Shown: in pieces, positions 27,819 to 41,432 of the stretch
Numbering within the stretch: position 1 is the stretch's first letter
Layout of the letters: every line of letters starts with the position of its first letter
DNA from: Phoronis australis
Taxonomy: Eukaryota; Animalia; Phoronida
Reading direction: 5' to 3'
Assembly (NCBI GenBank): GCA_002633005.1
Contig: NMRA01001041.1
Coordinates: forward strand, 1,259-65,258
Length of the DNA: 64,000 nt
Program-made: the position numbers and the translations under genes
The notes under the pieces: generated by a model
What the model saw: the letters and a program-made list of their open reading frames with translations, nothing else
Told to the model about the DNA's origin: nothing
Databases searched by the model: none

Positions 27819-27992
27819 ATGGAGGACAACGATGAAGAGGATATCCGGTTGGCTTCTAGTGTTTCCTTCAAGTTTGTCCCATTCAATGTCATCCATGACC
27901 TTGCCATGCTGTTAGACCCCCACATGGTGGCTAGTTGCAAGGATTGGAGGGGAGTTGCTGATAAACTGGGATACAACGCTCAGGAAATTTGG
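27819..27992 (+). CDS. TRAF3IP2: Death-SEFIR (Act1/CIKS-like) adaptor, coding exon 1 (Death domain N-half)
   Basis: Acceptor tttctttcAG at 27794-95, ATG 27819, LAMLLDP...DWRGVADKLGY Death-domain motif, GT donor 27993 (phase 0). Symbol denotes a TRAF3IP2-like homolog, orthology not tested. Confidence 0.85.
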
Positions 27993-28788
27993 GTATGTTG
28001 GTATATGCGTCCTTCTTCGTGTTTTGTTGTGTGTTCTGTCATTTGACTAGTCATTACTATACAAATATGTACCGATCCTGAGGGCGATATCTGGTAATAT
28101 GGACGGAGAGAGAGCAATATTGCCCGAGGACAATAACTGAGGGAAATATTACAATATTGATCTCTATTATGCACCAATGTTGCTTTCTATTACATGACAG
28201 CATTGCTCTCTATTACTGGACAGTATTGCACTGTACTGCATACTATTACATGACCACTGATGGTTCTTTCCTAGATTTTTTGCTTCCTATTAGATTTGCT
28301 TGGGCTTATCTACTTTGATACACTGACATCTTCTGATCACTTCGTGGTCAGAGTTTAATGATTTCTACTATGTGTCTGATTGGTCAGGTGATGAACAGCT
28401 ACAGCTGAAGTTTGGCCAGCATGAATGGAAAGTGATATTCCGCCCTAAAGTTGTTCAATATTACACTGTATCAGAACTACATTTCAGCCAATCAGAGGAC
28501 AGAAATATCTGTGATCATGTGATATTGTGAGTTATCCACTGATTCTTGTCTTGAAATTGTTGATTGGTTGTCCTGGAGAATCAAAAATTATGTTCGAACA
28601 ATGAGCTATGTTAGAACAAGTTGCAAGAGATTCCCTCCGGACTCCAACTGGATGCTGGGATTTCAGTCGGATCAGTCTTGTAAAGTAATTAGCTCAGCTG
28701 TAGGTTAGCTGTTCATCGTTCTCTTCAAGACAGTCACAAATAGAATGAAAAAAAGCAAACTAGTTAGCACAAGTACATGACTTGTTAA

Positions 28789-30459
28789 AGGAGAATGCCA
28801 CCCAATTTAATTAGTCTTTTTTACCGTCTTAATCGGTCTATATCCACATCGCCTCGCGTACGGTCGACCTTACCTTGCCAAGAGGTGTCGCGTTAACCTG
28901 TGAGGAAGGTGTGAGAAACGACGCTAGTGACATCAGTGGTTCATATGCAGACTGAATGCCGCTATGTTGCGGTGCATCATTTTCGCTTATCCGAACTAAG
29001 CAGCTGCGAGGAAAGCGGGTATATCGTTTTTTACTTCCTCGAGAGCCCGAAATGCTTAGGAAGTGGCTCGCGGTAGTGAAGAACGAAATGTACGCTGTAA
29101 ATAGCAAAGTACAAGGCCGTGAAACATCTCCGTGTCTGTGGCCTGCAGACGTCAACAGTGCCTGGCGAATGCCGGCTTACCAAATAACTCCATACGTTTT
29201 GTTGTCTGAGCTTGTTCACTGCGCCTCTCTAGTATTTCTTCATCACTGTATTCCTGTTTCGAATTGATAGCCTGTAAGACTTAACGATCCACCTGCGAAG
29301 TCGGGACTGATGAGCTGTAGCTCGTCCTAAGTCTGGATTACGAGTTGCCATGTTGGCGTTTATTACTGAGCATTCTGTTTCAAAATGAATTATTCTCACC
29401 CTAACCAATACTTATATGAAACTTAAACAAAGTCTCTCTCATTAGATGCAATTTGTAATGCCTTTGGAGTGTTCGTGAGTGCAAATGATTTGAGAAGCCA
29501 GCAATGAATAAATCACTGCGTTACCGGCTTTAGGTGCAATAAAACTAATTGACGGGACACCAAGGCCCTGTGAGCTCATGCTAATTTAGTGTTTGCTGGC
29601 AGAAGCTGTTGTGAAACAACTCGATTTCCATCGCACGGCCAGGTGTTAGGGTAATCTTTATTTACATTTACATTACTCAAATAATGATTGTCAATGTACA
29701 ACTTCTGTCCTGACGGTGTTGTGGCCAAAGCGGCACCTGAATTCGCGGCCCCGACGAGTAAGTAGATTTGCAGTTTCGTGGCTAATTCACCAACATAATC
29801 ATGTGCAGATTACTTTGGCTCACTAGTATAGTATTTTATTGACTGGAAGTTTAGTTTCCACAGAAGTTTGGCTGGTTTATGTTCATGATGTCTGATCAGT
29901 TTCCGAACCACAGGCCGGGATAACGAGTCAATCTGGCCGGCCGCGACGGGCCTGATCGGGCTCCAAGCCACTGGCCAAGATAACAAGCGCTTTGTGTTTA
30001 GAACTCAAAAAATCACAAATCTAAACAACACAGATCTAGGTTCTCCTGTCTGTATCTCACGGAAAATACTTCGAAATTATCTCCGAACTGACCCCAAACC
30101 CCTGCTACGGACCTTATTGGCCTGCCGAACTTTGTAAGCTCTGGTGTGTCCAAATACCAATAAATCCGTAAGAGCGAAATAAAACAACATGTTTTTATAA
30201 GAACTCGGTATATTTTTAAGGTTTTACATTGAAGTTTGATGATTTATTGGTTTTAAACGATGACTGCAAGCGATAAGTTGACACCAGTAACCCTTGTTGT
30301 AAACTGCTGAACAGACAGCGTGTGAAACTGATGACGTCATTGGATAATTTCAACACCTTCGTCTGGTGTCAGGTAGCGCAACCGTACGTGTTCTTACGGA
30401 GTAGAACTACTCGATCTAAATTGATACAAATTAGATTGTTTTTTGGGTGGCATGCTCCT
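28789..30459 (+). mobile_element. Kolobok-like non-autonomous DNA transposon, both ends present, THAP remnant
   Basis: TTAA TSD on both sides; TIRs AGGAGAATGCCACCC / GGGTGGCATGCTCCT; degenerate THAP at ~28956-29100. Confidence 0.8.
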
Positions 30460-30497
30460 TTAACAATAATTGCAGTAAATCTTTGGTGTTTTTTTTT

Positions 30498-30765
30498 GTT
30501 CAAATCTGCATCTCCTATTACAACATACAGCATTGTTTCAAATCTGCATATCCTATTACAACATACAGCATTGTTTCAAATCTGCATCTCCTATTACAAC
30601 ATGCAGTATTGTTTCAAATCTGGATCTCCTATTACAACATACAGCATTGTTTCAAATCTGCATATCTATTACAACATACAGCATTGTTTCAAATCTGTAT
30701 CTCCTATTACAACATACAGCATTGTTTCAAATTTGCATCTCCTATTACAACATACAGCATTGTTT
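30498..30765. repeat. Minisatellite, 38-bp unit, ~7 copies
   Basis: TTCAAATCTGCATCTCCTATTACAACATACAGCATTGT repeated. Confidence 0.95.
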
Positions 30766-32142
30766 CCATCTGTCTGCTCTGTATGTGTAATGTTGTCTTT
30801 GAGTTCAATCACCAAGTATTTCAACAGTGTTAATGACCCAAACTCTACAGAGTCTTCAGCTTCACAAAGTGCAAAACCTAGCATGGAGGTGTATGACATA
30901 TAGCGTAAAAGTAACTTTGTGCCCCATCAGTTGTTGGAAACATTTCAATGGTTGGTCTTTAAAGATGGGGCGATATGTATTTACTGTAAGATTAAATATA
31001 TTTTGTTTGAAGTACAGAAAGTAATATTTGTTTCATGAAATTTTTGGACCCGCTCATTTTGCATTCTTACACAAGTCGAATTGACGTAGAGTTGTCCAAT
31101 CACAAAAGTTAATGTCAAGTCCTGTGATTATCAAATCACTTGTGAAATCTGGGTAACACTCCTATTTTGGACAAATTTGCATAGAGTTGAAGTTTCTTAA
31201 TGTTATTTGCGGCTCGTGTCCAGCCTCATCTAATGATGCGTGGCCCCAGACCACAGATGGCCACCAGAACATGCTTTTTTCTCATGAACAGTTTCCTTAT
31301 TTGAGTAACGGGGTTCTCATTGGGTGAAGATGTAAACATTGTTAAACTTGCAAGTTGTGTTTTTTCGTTCCTTGTTTTGCCTTCTGCTAGTTCTCAGAAC
31401 TGCTACGCCTAACTTTCACTCACTGAGCATGACATAATAATTTTTACTTAAAATGAATAAAAAATTGTAACAATTATGCAACCATTTTGTCTTGTAAAGC
31501 AGACTAGGGTCAGGATTATCAAACGCGATACAAGATTTTAAATGTGTATTAAAACCTTTTAAACAAGGCACAGAGCTACTCAAACTTGCCTACATGCTCC
31601 TCAAAGATAGCTCATGAATTCCATACGGCTCAGAACTGTTCAAACATGGTGCAACACGATGGTACAGCACCATGTTTCAATACATGTAGGGAGAATACAG
31701 AATTTTATGAGTTCATATGAAAGTCATGCCATTCTAACCCTGCCAGGTCAGTTGCTATAATTGTTGATTGTGTCACTCAGCCTGAAATTTGTGATGGCGG
31801 CCACAATTCAGTATTGTACAAGATACTATTCCGTGAGACCTCGCTAGACGTCTTCATAGAGCATTCTGGCAAACCAGCTTATTTATTTACTTAGTGAGCA
31901 TTGTACGCGGCCAGGTTTGCTCTGTTAAATTTCCAATCTGTGTTCCTAACCATTGTAAACTTTGAAAGTAAAATCTTAAAAGATTTCATTTTTTGTGCGG
32001 CACAGCAGGTCTCAGAACCTATATTACCACAATACCCACGAACATGGCCAACTTGTGTTGTACCACTTCACTTTTCCCTGCCCAGGTGCCCAGTCGAGCA
32101 TGTTGGTTGTTAGGTTATGGTGTATCTCATCATACCTTTCAG

Positions 32143-32299
32143 GTGTTGGAGTCTCGCACGACCCCAGATGGCAGTAACACTAAGAAGCTGTTAAAAGACT
32201 ACGTGTCGAAACCCGACAACAGTGTTGGTGAGATGTTGAAAGCTCTGAGTGCTCTTGAGCGAATCGATGCCTATGAGGTGCTGAAGAAGGCTCTACCTG
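32143..32299 (+). CDS. TRAF3IP2: Death-SEFIR adaptor, coding exon 2 (Death domain C-half)
   Basis: cctttcAG acceptor, VLESR...TKKLLKDY...SVGEMLKALSALERIDAYEVL, GTGAG donor at 32300; phases 0/1 are compatible. Confidence 0.88.
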
Positions 32300-32984
32300 G
32301 TGAGAATTGCCTGAACAATAATCTCGGCAGTAGAACTTGTAAACCGACATGTGGATGCCATTGTATAACTGCGCAGAATTAATGCAAAAAATGATGTACA
32401 TATTTATGTCTGCGAATGATTTACATATTTGTGTCTGTGCCGACATAATGCATTTCTTTCATAAAACATGTTTGCTTAGTTTCTTCATATGTTGCAGGTT
32501 CATGTGGCGTAGATTCACTTTAAGGCTGCGTTGGACATTCCTTGAATACATGCGTGTCTAAACTCGTTGTTTTTGTGAGTTTTAATACACCCACAAATAA
32601 AGTTGTCACATATATTCAGTATTCTGTCCATCCATCAACTGACGTCATCCATCGTTACCTTTGTTGTTAGTTGTTTATCTTCTTCAAAAACTGCTTGGCA
32701 GTTGATTTTCTGATGGATCCGTCTTCCTGTTAACAATTTTAGTTTTGCTCGAGTGTTTTACATGTAAGCAAAAAACAGATTCGGTCGTTGGGTATTAATG
32801 CAGTCATGCGTCTGGCAAGGCATAATTCACATTCTTGAACAAAATGCTGTGCACTTGTGTATGAACATATGATACAAATCCATTCTCGCCCTTGTGTTAG
32901 AGCTCTATAGTTACACGATCACGGTAGGCTTATACCCATTCAAATACAGTAGCCAGCAGCTCTAAAACTATCTTCCTCTTTCAG

Positions 32985-33866
32985 AAATCCATCAAAAGAA
33001 AAAAGATTATGAGCTTTCTCAGAGACAAGTGGGAGAGCCCCAGCAGAATTCTTGTGACTTCCAGAGTATGGAGCTATGCCCGCCCCAACGAATGATCTTT
33101 GAAACAGGTCACGTCTATGAGCTCAAATCTGATTGCTCTGTGAAGCGGATGAAGTGTGACTCGGGAACATCCCTATTTACTCACCATAACATTGCTCAGC
33201 GCACTTTCTCTGGTTGCACAATGAGTGTACGAAATGGTGGTGTTAACTGCCTCCCGCTGCAGATGGACAGTATTCCAGATCATGGGGACATGAATCGCTC
33301 TCTTCAGCAAGTATCAATGGATTTAGACCAGGAAGAGTGTTCTACTAAAAGTGCTTATGACTGGTCATCTTACCAGCAGGAGGGTGTATTGTTGAATAAT
33401 GGACTAATGCTTAGACAAAATAGCCAAGAAGCTCGGTTGGGAAGGCAAAACCTGGCTGTGGCGTCTTTGTCGAATGTGAATTCTTTGAACGATGCCGGTT
33501 GCAAGCCTCCATCAGAGGTCACAGGTTTTGATTGGAATGGCCATCACCCTGTGCGGTCTGTTACACCAAATTCTCTTCCGACAGATTCATGCCTGTCTGC
33601 ACCATCTCCCAACCAAATGCGTTCAACATCGTCTGCAGCACAACTTCTGCAAGGTTCAAACCTGAATTCAATTATGACAACATCAAAGAGCCAGCCAGCG
33701 ATTCCTCAAACGAAACAGCACAGCGACACATATCCGATGTCGAAGGGGAAGCAGCGATCAGAAATCCCCAAGGCGTTGCGGGGGGTACAGGAGGAACGAG
33801 CACTTGTTGCTCAGTATCGAGCAATATCAGAGCCAAGAAATCTATCACCGGCCCCGTTCAATACAG
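32985..33866 (+). CDS. TRAF3IP2: Death-SEFIR adaptor, coding exon 3 (S/Q/P-rich linker)
   Basis: cttcctctttcAG acceptor, 882 nt open in the frame of ORF 33029-33874, GTCAGT donor at 33867; phases 1/1. Confidence 0.85.
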
Positions 33867-34161
33867 GTCAGTAGCATTAGAGAACATTTCCTCTCGATTT
33901 CTTTTTTTACAGTCTTGTTGGAAGTTTAGTAATTCTCCACTTATTTTGCACAAAAATAATTGCCCAAATTGTAATTTTTTCCAATTTTCTAAGACTGGTT
34001 TCCTTTTTCCAGATGATAGAAACTTTACTAAATGCAGTTTCATGATATCTCCACAGTACAACCATAGTAGACTGCCTAACACTTTCTTAATCTTTACTTT
34101 CGTAGATCAATTTGACAAAATTTAATTGTGGTAAATATGTGATGAATTATTGTTCCACACA

Positions 34162-34545
34162 CACTGACATTTGGGATAATGTAGTACTCTCACTGTCTAG
34201 AACTGACACTGGGATAATGTAGTACTCTCATTGTCTAGAACTGACACTGGGATAATGTAGTACTCTCATTGTCTAGAACTAACACTGAGATAATGCAGTA
34301 CTCTCACTGTCTAGAACTGACACTGGGATAATGTAGTACTCTCATTGTCTAGAACTAACACTTGAGATAATGTAGTACTCTCATTGTCTAGAACTAACAC
34401 TTGAGATAATTTAGTACTCTCATTGTCTAAAACTGACAGTGGGATAATGTAGTACTCTCATTGTCTAGAACTAACACTTGAGATAATGTAGTACTCTCAT
34501 TGTCTAAAACTGACACTGGGATAATGTAGTGCGCTCATTGTCTGA
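34162..34545. repeat. Minisatellite, 38-39 bp unit, ~10 copies
   Basis: AACTGACACTGGGATAATGTAGTACTCTCATTGTCTAG repeated. Confidence 0.95.
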
Positions 34546-37018
34546 AACTTGTACTGTGAAGCCCACTTCAATCCACAGTTTTCGAAATATATTTCCAGTT
34601 GCCACTTAGAGTTTATAATTACCAGTATTTAATTTTATTCTTCCTCATTTTAACTATGCAGATATTAATTCGGATACACTTTGTAAATTTGATGGTCTTC
34701 AGTTTTATAGTTTCAAGCTTGGACATAATGGTTTGCTTTCTGGGCTAAATATTTGTGTTTTAATGTATTGTCATTCATTTGTGTAGCAATAATAAAGTAC
34801 ACAGCAACAAAAACGTAACCATGGTTACAATTGACATAAAAGGAGCTCTAACATGGAAATGATACAAAACAAGCTGAGTAAGTGACTAGGTTCACAAAAT
34901 TTAACGTGGTACAATTTTACATGGTATGAGAACTTGCATACATAGTACCTCTTAATCACCTCCTTGTGGTATTGTTGTTTAACTTGCCAGAGGATACTGA
35001 TGTGTGGACTGAAGTAGTATCAGGACAGGAGTAGTTATCGCACATCTCTTTGCATACCTTATTTAATATGGACATTTTCCTCTGCTGGCACATTCTTCTG
35101 TTCACTTTTGGCTTCACAGTGTATTTTTGACACTGAGACATTTCACATAAACAACCTCTGAAACAAGCCGTGTAGGGATTGGGCTTATCAAACAAAATCT
35201 TCAAGGGTATCCCAAACCTTAGTGACCGTCATTCTAACTCATATTTAAAAAACAGGCAATGTCACCTAGCAAAAGTATATATTTTCTAAAAGAAGAACGA
35301 ATAGAGACTATGACATTATGTTTTTTATTTGTTTTATTTTTAATAATATGTTAACATCTTTTTAAATCAAAATTTTGTTTTTAAGAAATGTACATTCACA
35401 AGCCCTTGGTAGATTTTAATGAAACCCTTTTTGAATGAAAAATTCACAATTTACCTCAAAAAAGGAATGTCTGATTGCTCATTTAGTTTTCTTTCTATGC
35501 CTAATTTACTCGCAAAAGATAAGGTATTTTTGTAACATAGCAGTCATATTTGTCTATTTTATGGAACGCAAAAAGTAGGCACTTAAAAATCCTAACATTG
35601 TTTTTTTGAGGTATAGGATAAATATTAAAATTGGAAAGTTTCAGCAAATTTCACCAAATTGTTTTCTAGAACTCTTGTTTCTAAGTTAAATAGATTTGTC
35701 GAAGCCAAGAAAAAGTGGAAAATGTTGCGAGTCTTCAAAATCTGATGGTTATTGCTTAGTTATTCAGTGAAAACTTGTTTTCGGTCAGTATAACCTATAC
35801 ATGTTTGCTGTTTCAACATGCACCCGCAATGCAATTTCAACTGAATTTGCATTGTGTAATTAACTTAATTATCACTAAAATGTTTTTATTTTGTGCCTTG
35901 TTATCAAGTCAAGCTAGATCAAACCGGGACCAACTATTGACTTACTAAAAAGTAGGTCAACAGTTCATGGTCATATACACCATGCACCGGGAGTCTGATA
36001 TGAAACCAAGTACGAATTGGAGAACACAAATTTAGTCGGTAGTTAATGCGCATCGTAGGCATGGGATCAAAACGGCGAAATGTCAAATTAATCAATTTGG
36101 GTGAGGATTTATCTCTTTTCACAACTTGATGTGTTTGTGTCGCAGAGTCCGGTGCCATGACTCAGACTCTGTGCATTCGTTCTCAATGGTCATATGCATG
36201 CAGACGCACAACTGTCTCAGGATCAAAACTACGTTTTGTCTTCGTTTTCCCCGACATCTTTCTATCGTGTGTACACATCGTTGTCTCAATATTATGGCGA
36301 CTCAGTAAATAAAAGAAGTGAGGGTACATACAGATCTGCTCTATTCCTGGTGGGAGATTGGATTTGAGTGATAGCCCTGTAACCTTTGTCCTCGGATAAG
36401 TATTTAAACAATTTCCACGCGATTGTTTGGTTCCAGGGTGGCTCTGGTAAATTTTTTAATCTCTCTTCACGGTTTATCTTTTGGATTTGATGTTCCCCAA
36501 GAATGAAGATAAGGACATCTGTGAAATATTGTAAAAATGGCAACTTTTTGTGAGTAAGATTTGAGATATACATAAGTTTCTAAATACGTTAAAGAATTTA
36601 GTTTATCCTTATGCTTCAGTTCTATTGAAACTTAGCTGATGCAGAGGCAGAATTGCAAACAGAAGGCACAACATATTGTAATTAGTTTGCGCAACGGTAA
36701 AAATCCTGCCTGGTACAGTCTCAAAAATTTGGAACACTCAAATTGGACCCAAAACTGATTTTTCTGATGATTGGAATATGGGTTCTTTTGATGTTTATCA
36801 TATTTTTATAGTATCGGGCACTGCATTAAAGTGCTCTTATTTGCAAAAAATTCTTGTAGATTAAAATTGAGTGTCGAGGAAATTGGCACATGTTGTTTCA
36901 GTGCCTGTGAAAACTGTGACAGTACTAAATCTGAGAAAATTTGAAAATGAAGTTAATCTTGCCAAGTGTTATGCGCTTTCAAGTCCTCATTTTATCCCTT
37001 TCCAATCATCTATTTTAG

Positions 37019-37206
37019 CCCGTCGTGAGACCCGTATCTTCATTACATATGCCAACGATGGCCGTCCTCATCTCAACCGCATCCTGTCAGTTGTGAAAAA
37101 CCTGCGCAAGAATGGATTTGCTGTTTCTTGCGATATGTGTGAGAAAGAGTTTGTGGACATCAGTGAAGAGTCACGTGACAGCTGGCTCAAGCAGCGATAC
37201 AATGTG
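37019..37206 (+). CDS. TRAF3IP2: Death-SEFIR adaptor, coding exon 4 (SEFIR box 1)
   Basis: tattttAG acceptor; RIFITYAND...LRKNGFAVSCDMCE...W SEFIR motif; GTGAGT donor at 37207; phases 1/0. Confidence 0.9.
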
Positions 37207-37431
37207 GTGAGTGTTGACGGTTATGTTTATCATGTTACAGATTTAAGATGGTTAAGCTGGAAGTTACTAGGTGTAGTCATGAACCAGCAGGTGTCTGTCT
37301 GTCTGTCTGTCTGTGCTGTTGACAATAATGCAGTATCTGTGTACTTAGCTCAGTCACCATTCTTTGGTAAATCGCATCAACTTCAGTTAGTATTCCAATA
37401 CATCATGTAAAGCTGTTCAAGCCGGTTTGAT

Positions 37432-38220
37432 TTTTATGTGCCCACATATGATATATATAATGTGGTCACATATTGTTGTCACTTTGTCCGGTTGTTAGGT
37501 TGTCTGGGTGTCTACTCGTTATCTCAAAAACTCCTGATAAAATTTGGCGCAATGATGTAGGGCATCACTGGAATGATTTTTGTCACTTTTCGATGTGCCC
37601 CACTCCCTCGGGACAGGAATGCGTGGCTTTTTCAGTATTTTTAGGAAGAGCATTTTTGGATGATATGTAGGTAACTAGTGAAGGTTTGTGGTGGCAATGC
37701 AGCTGCACCATTAGATTTTGGAGCAGATTCGACCATGGTAGCTCCTACTAGTGGCCATTTTGTTCTCGCAAAGGCTTTTCAAATGTTGTTCGGCAAAGAC
37801 CATTTCCAGATGATATCTAAAGAACCAACTGAGGGATTTCATTGAAACTTGACTCATAGATATGTAATGTCAGTGTGCCGGCATCATTTTTAGGTGGATT
37901 TGACTAGTGCAGCTCCTCCTAGTGACAATTTTGTTTACAGTAAGGGACTTTTCAATTGTTGTTTGGGGGAAGGGCATTTCCGGATCAAGAGAACCAGTTG
38001 ATGAATTTCGACAAAACTTGATGCCCAGATATACAATGTCAATAACCCAGCACCATTTAATTTTCACATGGATACGGGAAGTGCATTTCCATATATCTTT
38101 AGAACCGATCGATGGATTTTAATGAAACTCGACATAGAGGTACGGTATGTGATGTCAGTATGCCATCACCATTAAATGCTGATTTGACTATTGGAGCTCC
38201 TCTAGTAGCCATTTTGTTTT
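37432..38220 (+). mobile_element. Diverged family A-related Helentron MITE
   Basis: Starts TTTTATGTGCCCACATAT..ATGTGG; diverged CTAGTGGC-like subunits. Confidence 0.55.
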
Positions 38221-38340
38221 CAAAGGCCTTTAATGTGTTGCTTGGGAGAACAGCAATTCCGAATGATATTTAAAAACGATGACGAATGGCAGTGAAACCT
38301 GACAGTCATATGTGATGTCAATGGAAGGGAGCCTTCGTTT

Positions 38341-39402
38341 TTTATGCGCCCACATATTTATATGTGGACGCATTATGCCGTCATCTCCGTCCGTCCGTCC
38401 GGCGTCCGCTGCTCTATCTCTAAAAGGACATGACTTATCTTCATGAAATTTTGCACCTAGTGGCCATTTTTACTTATTTCGAGTCTGTTTTTTGTGTCCA
38501 CCCCTCTATCAACCAAACCACTCGAAGGATGATTGTGAAAATTGGCACTATGTTCTGACTATGAAGTGGACAGCTGACGATGATTTTCCGAGTTCGACTA
38601 CTGTGGCGCCTCCTAGTGGCAGTTTTGTTTTTTGCGCTCATCGCTGTATCTCCTAAACCGTATGCAGGATTTTTACTTAATTTAGTAACTGTATTTATAT
38701 GATGTTGACAACGGACGACGACTTTCATACAGATCTAACTTTTGGTGTGCCCCCTAGTGGCAATTTTAGTTTTTTATGTTTACCAGTTTGTAACTTCAAA
38801 GGTCCTCAACAGATTTTCATAAAATTTTGAATATAGGCATCTATTGGTTTGATGACGCTATCATCCTGTTTTTGGATGGAATTGAGGTATTTTGCTCCAC
38901 CTAGTGGCTATTTTTGCTGTTTTCAAATCTTGTTTTTGGTGTCCACCCCTTGATCAATCAAATCATTCTGGGGATGGTTTTGAAAATTGGCCTTTATGTT
39001 TTCAGTGTGAAGAGGACGTTTGATGATGGCGACTGAGTACTGTGGCACCTCTTAGTTGTAGTTTTGTTTTGTTTTTCGCCCATAACTGTATCTCCAAAAC
39101 CCACTGCAGGATATTTATTAAATTTAGTAAGTGAATTTTTGTGAAGATAACAGACAATGGCTGTCAGGCGGATCAAACGGACGCTGTGCCCTCAAGTGGC
39201 GATTTCATTTTGTTCTGTTTTCCTTCATTTCTCTGAAATCCCTTGACAGATTTTGTGAAATATGGCATGATCCCATTTTTGGGTGGAGTGTACGTTTTTT
39301 CGCCATCTAGTGGCCATTTTTATGATACAAATAAATAACCCTGAAAGCACACCATTTGCGATGCATTCGTGGGCGCATTTCAATGCTCCGCGTTGCTCTT
39401 GT
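38341..39402 (+). mobile_element. Helentron-associated MITE family A, copy 3
   Basis: Same 5' IR, (CCGT)n, CTAGTGGC subunits and 3' GTGGGCGCAT-hairpin end. Confidence 0.85.
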
Positions 39403-39649
39403 GGAATTGATGCTGCACCAATGTTACAAGAATTTTTGTTTGTAAATGTCCTAGTTTTTGACACCCCCTGATGCAAAAATGGAGCATTTTAAACAACACT
39501 TCCAAACTGCATTTTAGGGAGCTGTCCGTAAAGTATAGTATCCGAAGGTTTCATATCAAAACCAAACATTTTGAACTTTCAACACTTGCCATAGAATGGG
39601 TGGCAAAGATGATGTGGTTCTGGAGGTTTAGGTTTGATAGCTTAGTTAG

Positions 39650-40045
39650 GGCGCGTTGTATAGCTTCAAACACCATCTGTGTGCTACTGGAAGTCTCCCA
39701 ATCAACGGGTGTCTTCCGATCATGCCACCCTCATCATTCAGTGATCTGGTCTTTCGCACCTGGCCACGCCGGTGTCTTGATTAATGAACATGCAGATTAC
39801 CTCGCTGACTCATGTACCCCCAACCAACCTGTCTGTTTATACTCAGCTGATGTTTAGCAGCTGGCTCACCGCCACACCTTCGAGCTGACTTCGTCCCAAC
39901 TGGCTGAGTTCAATGAAAGCAGCCAACTGCTTGAAGCTGGTATTACATATGGCCATGCTGCTAAATGTCACAACAAGAGCCGTGCCTGTGTTTCATCCAA
40001 TCAGATGCTCACTGGCAATGTCAGCCCTGAAGTTTTGCACCTTCT
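39650..40045 (+). mobile_element. Non-LTR retrotransposon RNase H remnant
   Basis: IWSFAPGHAGVLINEHADYLA matches the RNase H C-terminal motif W(V)PGH.G...NE.AD.LA; frame is interrupted. Confidence 0.65.
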
Positions 40046-40248
40046 GGTGTTACGGGGATGGCCAGGGGAGAGGAATAATGCACCAGCATATCCCTAGTGA
40101 TCCTGTCTGTGACAGTTATTATAGGTATTATAGCAAATATTTTGACAGAAGATGAGTATATTGTATACGAAAAGGTACCTGTATAATGCATATAATGTTT
40201 ATCTGTGTGGACTGTGTGGACTAGAATGTAAGGTGCTTGTTTTTTCAG

Positions 40249-40662
40249 GCGGACTTCATCATTGTGTGCGTGTCACCTCTCTACTACCAGGTGGTTCAGA
40301 GTCTAGACCGCGGTGCCGTTTACGAGCGTAGCATGCACGAGGGTTTCATCTACCGCCTGATGGAACAAGAGGTACAGCAGACTGTGTCGCGCTTCATCTG
40401 TCTGCTTCTGTGGGACACCTCAGCTGACCACATTCCGAGCCTTCTAAGGCGGCACGTGCCAGTTTACAGGTGGCCGACCCAACACAAAGACTTGCTGTTC
40501 AAGCTGATAAAACCGGAACAGATCTTGTATGGACGTTCTAAACCGCTGAGCTCTGTCAGCAGCATTGTCTCTGATGATGAATCATCACGACAAGGGACAG
40601 TGACGATACCTAGTTCCAGTGGAGTACGTAACCCGGTGGTTGTACGTCGTGAGGTGTCTTAA
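40249..40662 (+). CDS. TRAF3IP2: Death-SEFIR adaptor, last coding exon (SEFIR C-half)
   Basis: tttttcAG acceptor; ADFIIVCVSPLYY...FIYRLMEQE...SRFICLL...HIPSLL...VYRWP..HKDLLFKL; TAA at 40660; five exons sum to 1815 nt in frame. Confidence 0.9.
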   Translation, partial: ADFIIVCVSPLYYQVVQSLDRGAVYERSMHEGFIYRLMEQEVQQTVSRFICLLLWDTSADHIPSLLRRHVPVYRWPTQHKDLLFKLIKPEQILYGRSKPLSSVSSIVSDDESSRQGTVTIPSSSGVRNPVVVRREVS

Positions 40663-41426
40663 GAGATTTGGTAATGGTGCCATGCTGCACTGGTGCATCA
40701 TGGGATAACGTAGAATTCATCTTTTCCGTGCAGTTATGGTAATGTAGGACATTGTTGACAAGTTTGTGCTCTCTGCCAAATATCTACACAACCGTAGATT
40801 TTGACTTAAAAAAGTTTATATTTTTGAAAGTAGAAAGCATGCAGAATTTTATTTTACTTTATGTCAATGGGCAGTTTATTGGGTCAAATGATCATGTCTT
40901 TTTAGTAAAATTTAGCAAAGGAAAATCATACCAACCAACGATATCAATAATGTGACCAAATTTCAGTTGCTTCATAAATTCACAAAAGTCCCATTTTTTG
41001 ATAGTCCTTATGTCAAAGTGGATCTGTTTATAATCATTTAGCGTTTTGGAGAACTGTGGAAGTTTCAGTGCAATCACGCATGTATCTGATCAGCAATTTC
41101 CGAGATGTGACATTCCGAATATTGCCAAATTTGGACATTTTTGTTTGATCCTGCATAACGTTAAGAAGTGTGTTTTGGCTTTTTACCGTGCGTGCTTGTT
41201 ATTAACTGACTAATGATGTAGCATCCTGTTATTGTCAAAGGAAAGATTACTCTAAGTGTTGTGTGACCTGCTGTCAGCCCTGTATATTGAATAGAGATGT
41301 GTCTATTATTTTTGGTGTAGCGAAACTACAGTACTCCATTGCTGTGTAGCCACTATATATGAAGTGTACACCATTTCAGTTAAGTTCATTCATATTCACC
41401 TTGAACTACTGGTGTGCATGTCTTCC

Positions 41427-41432
41427 AATAAA
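41427..41432 (+). terminator. Candidate polyadenylation signal of the Death-SEFIR gene
   Basis: AATAAA ~770 nt after the stop codon. Confidence 0.4.

Noticed and set aside
30322-30903. Repetitive ORFs here and at 49255-49518 and 51328-51704
   Set aside because: Translations of minisatellites
34162-34545. CRISPR-like appearance of ~38-bp arrays
   Set aside because: No unique spacers, no cas genes, eukaryotic context
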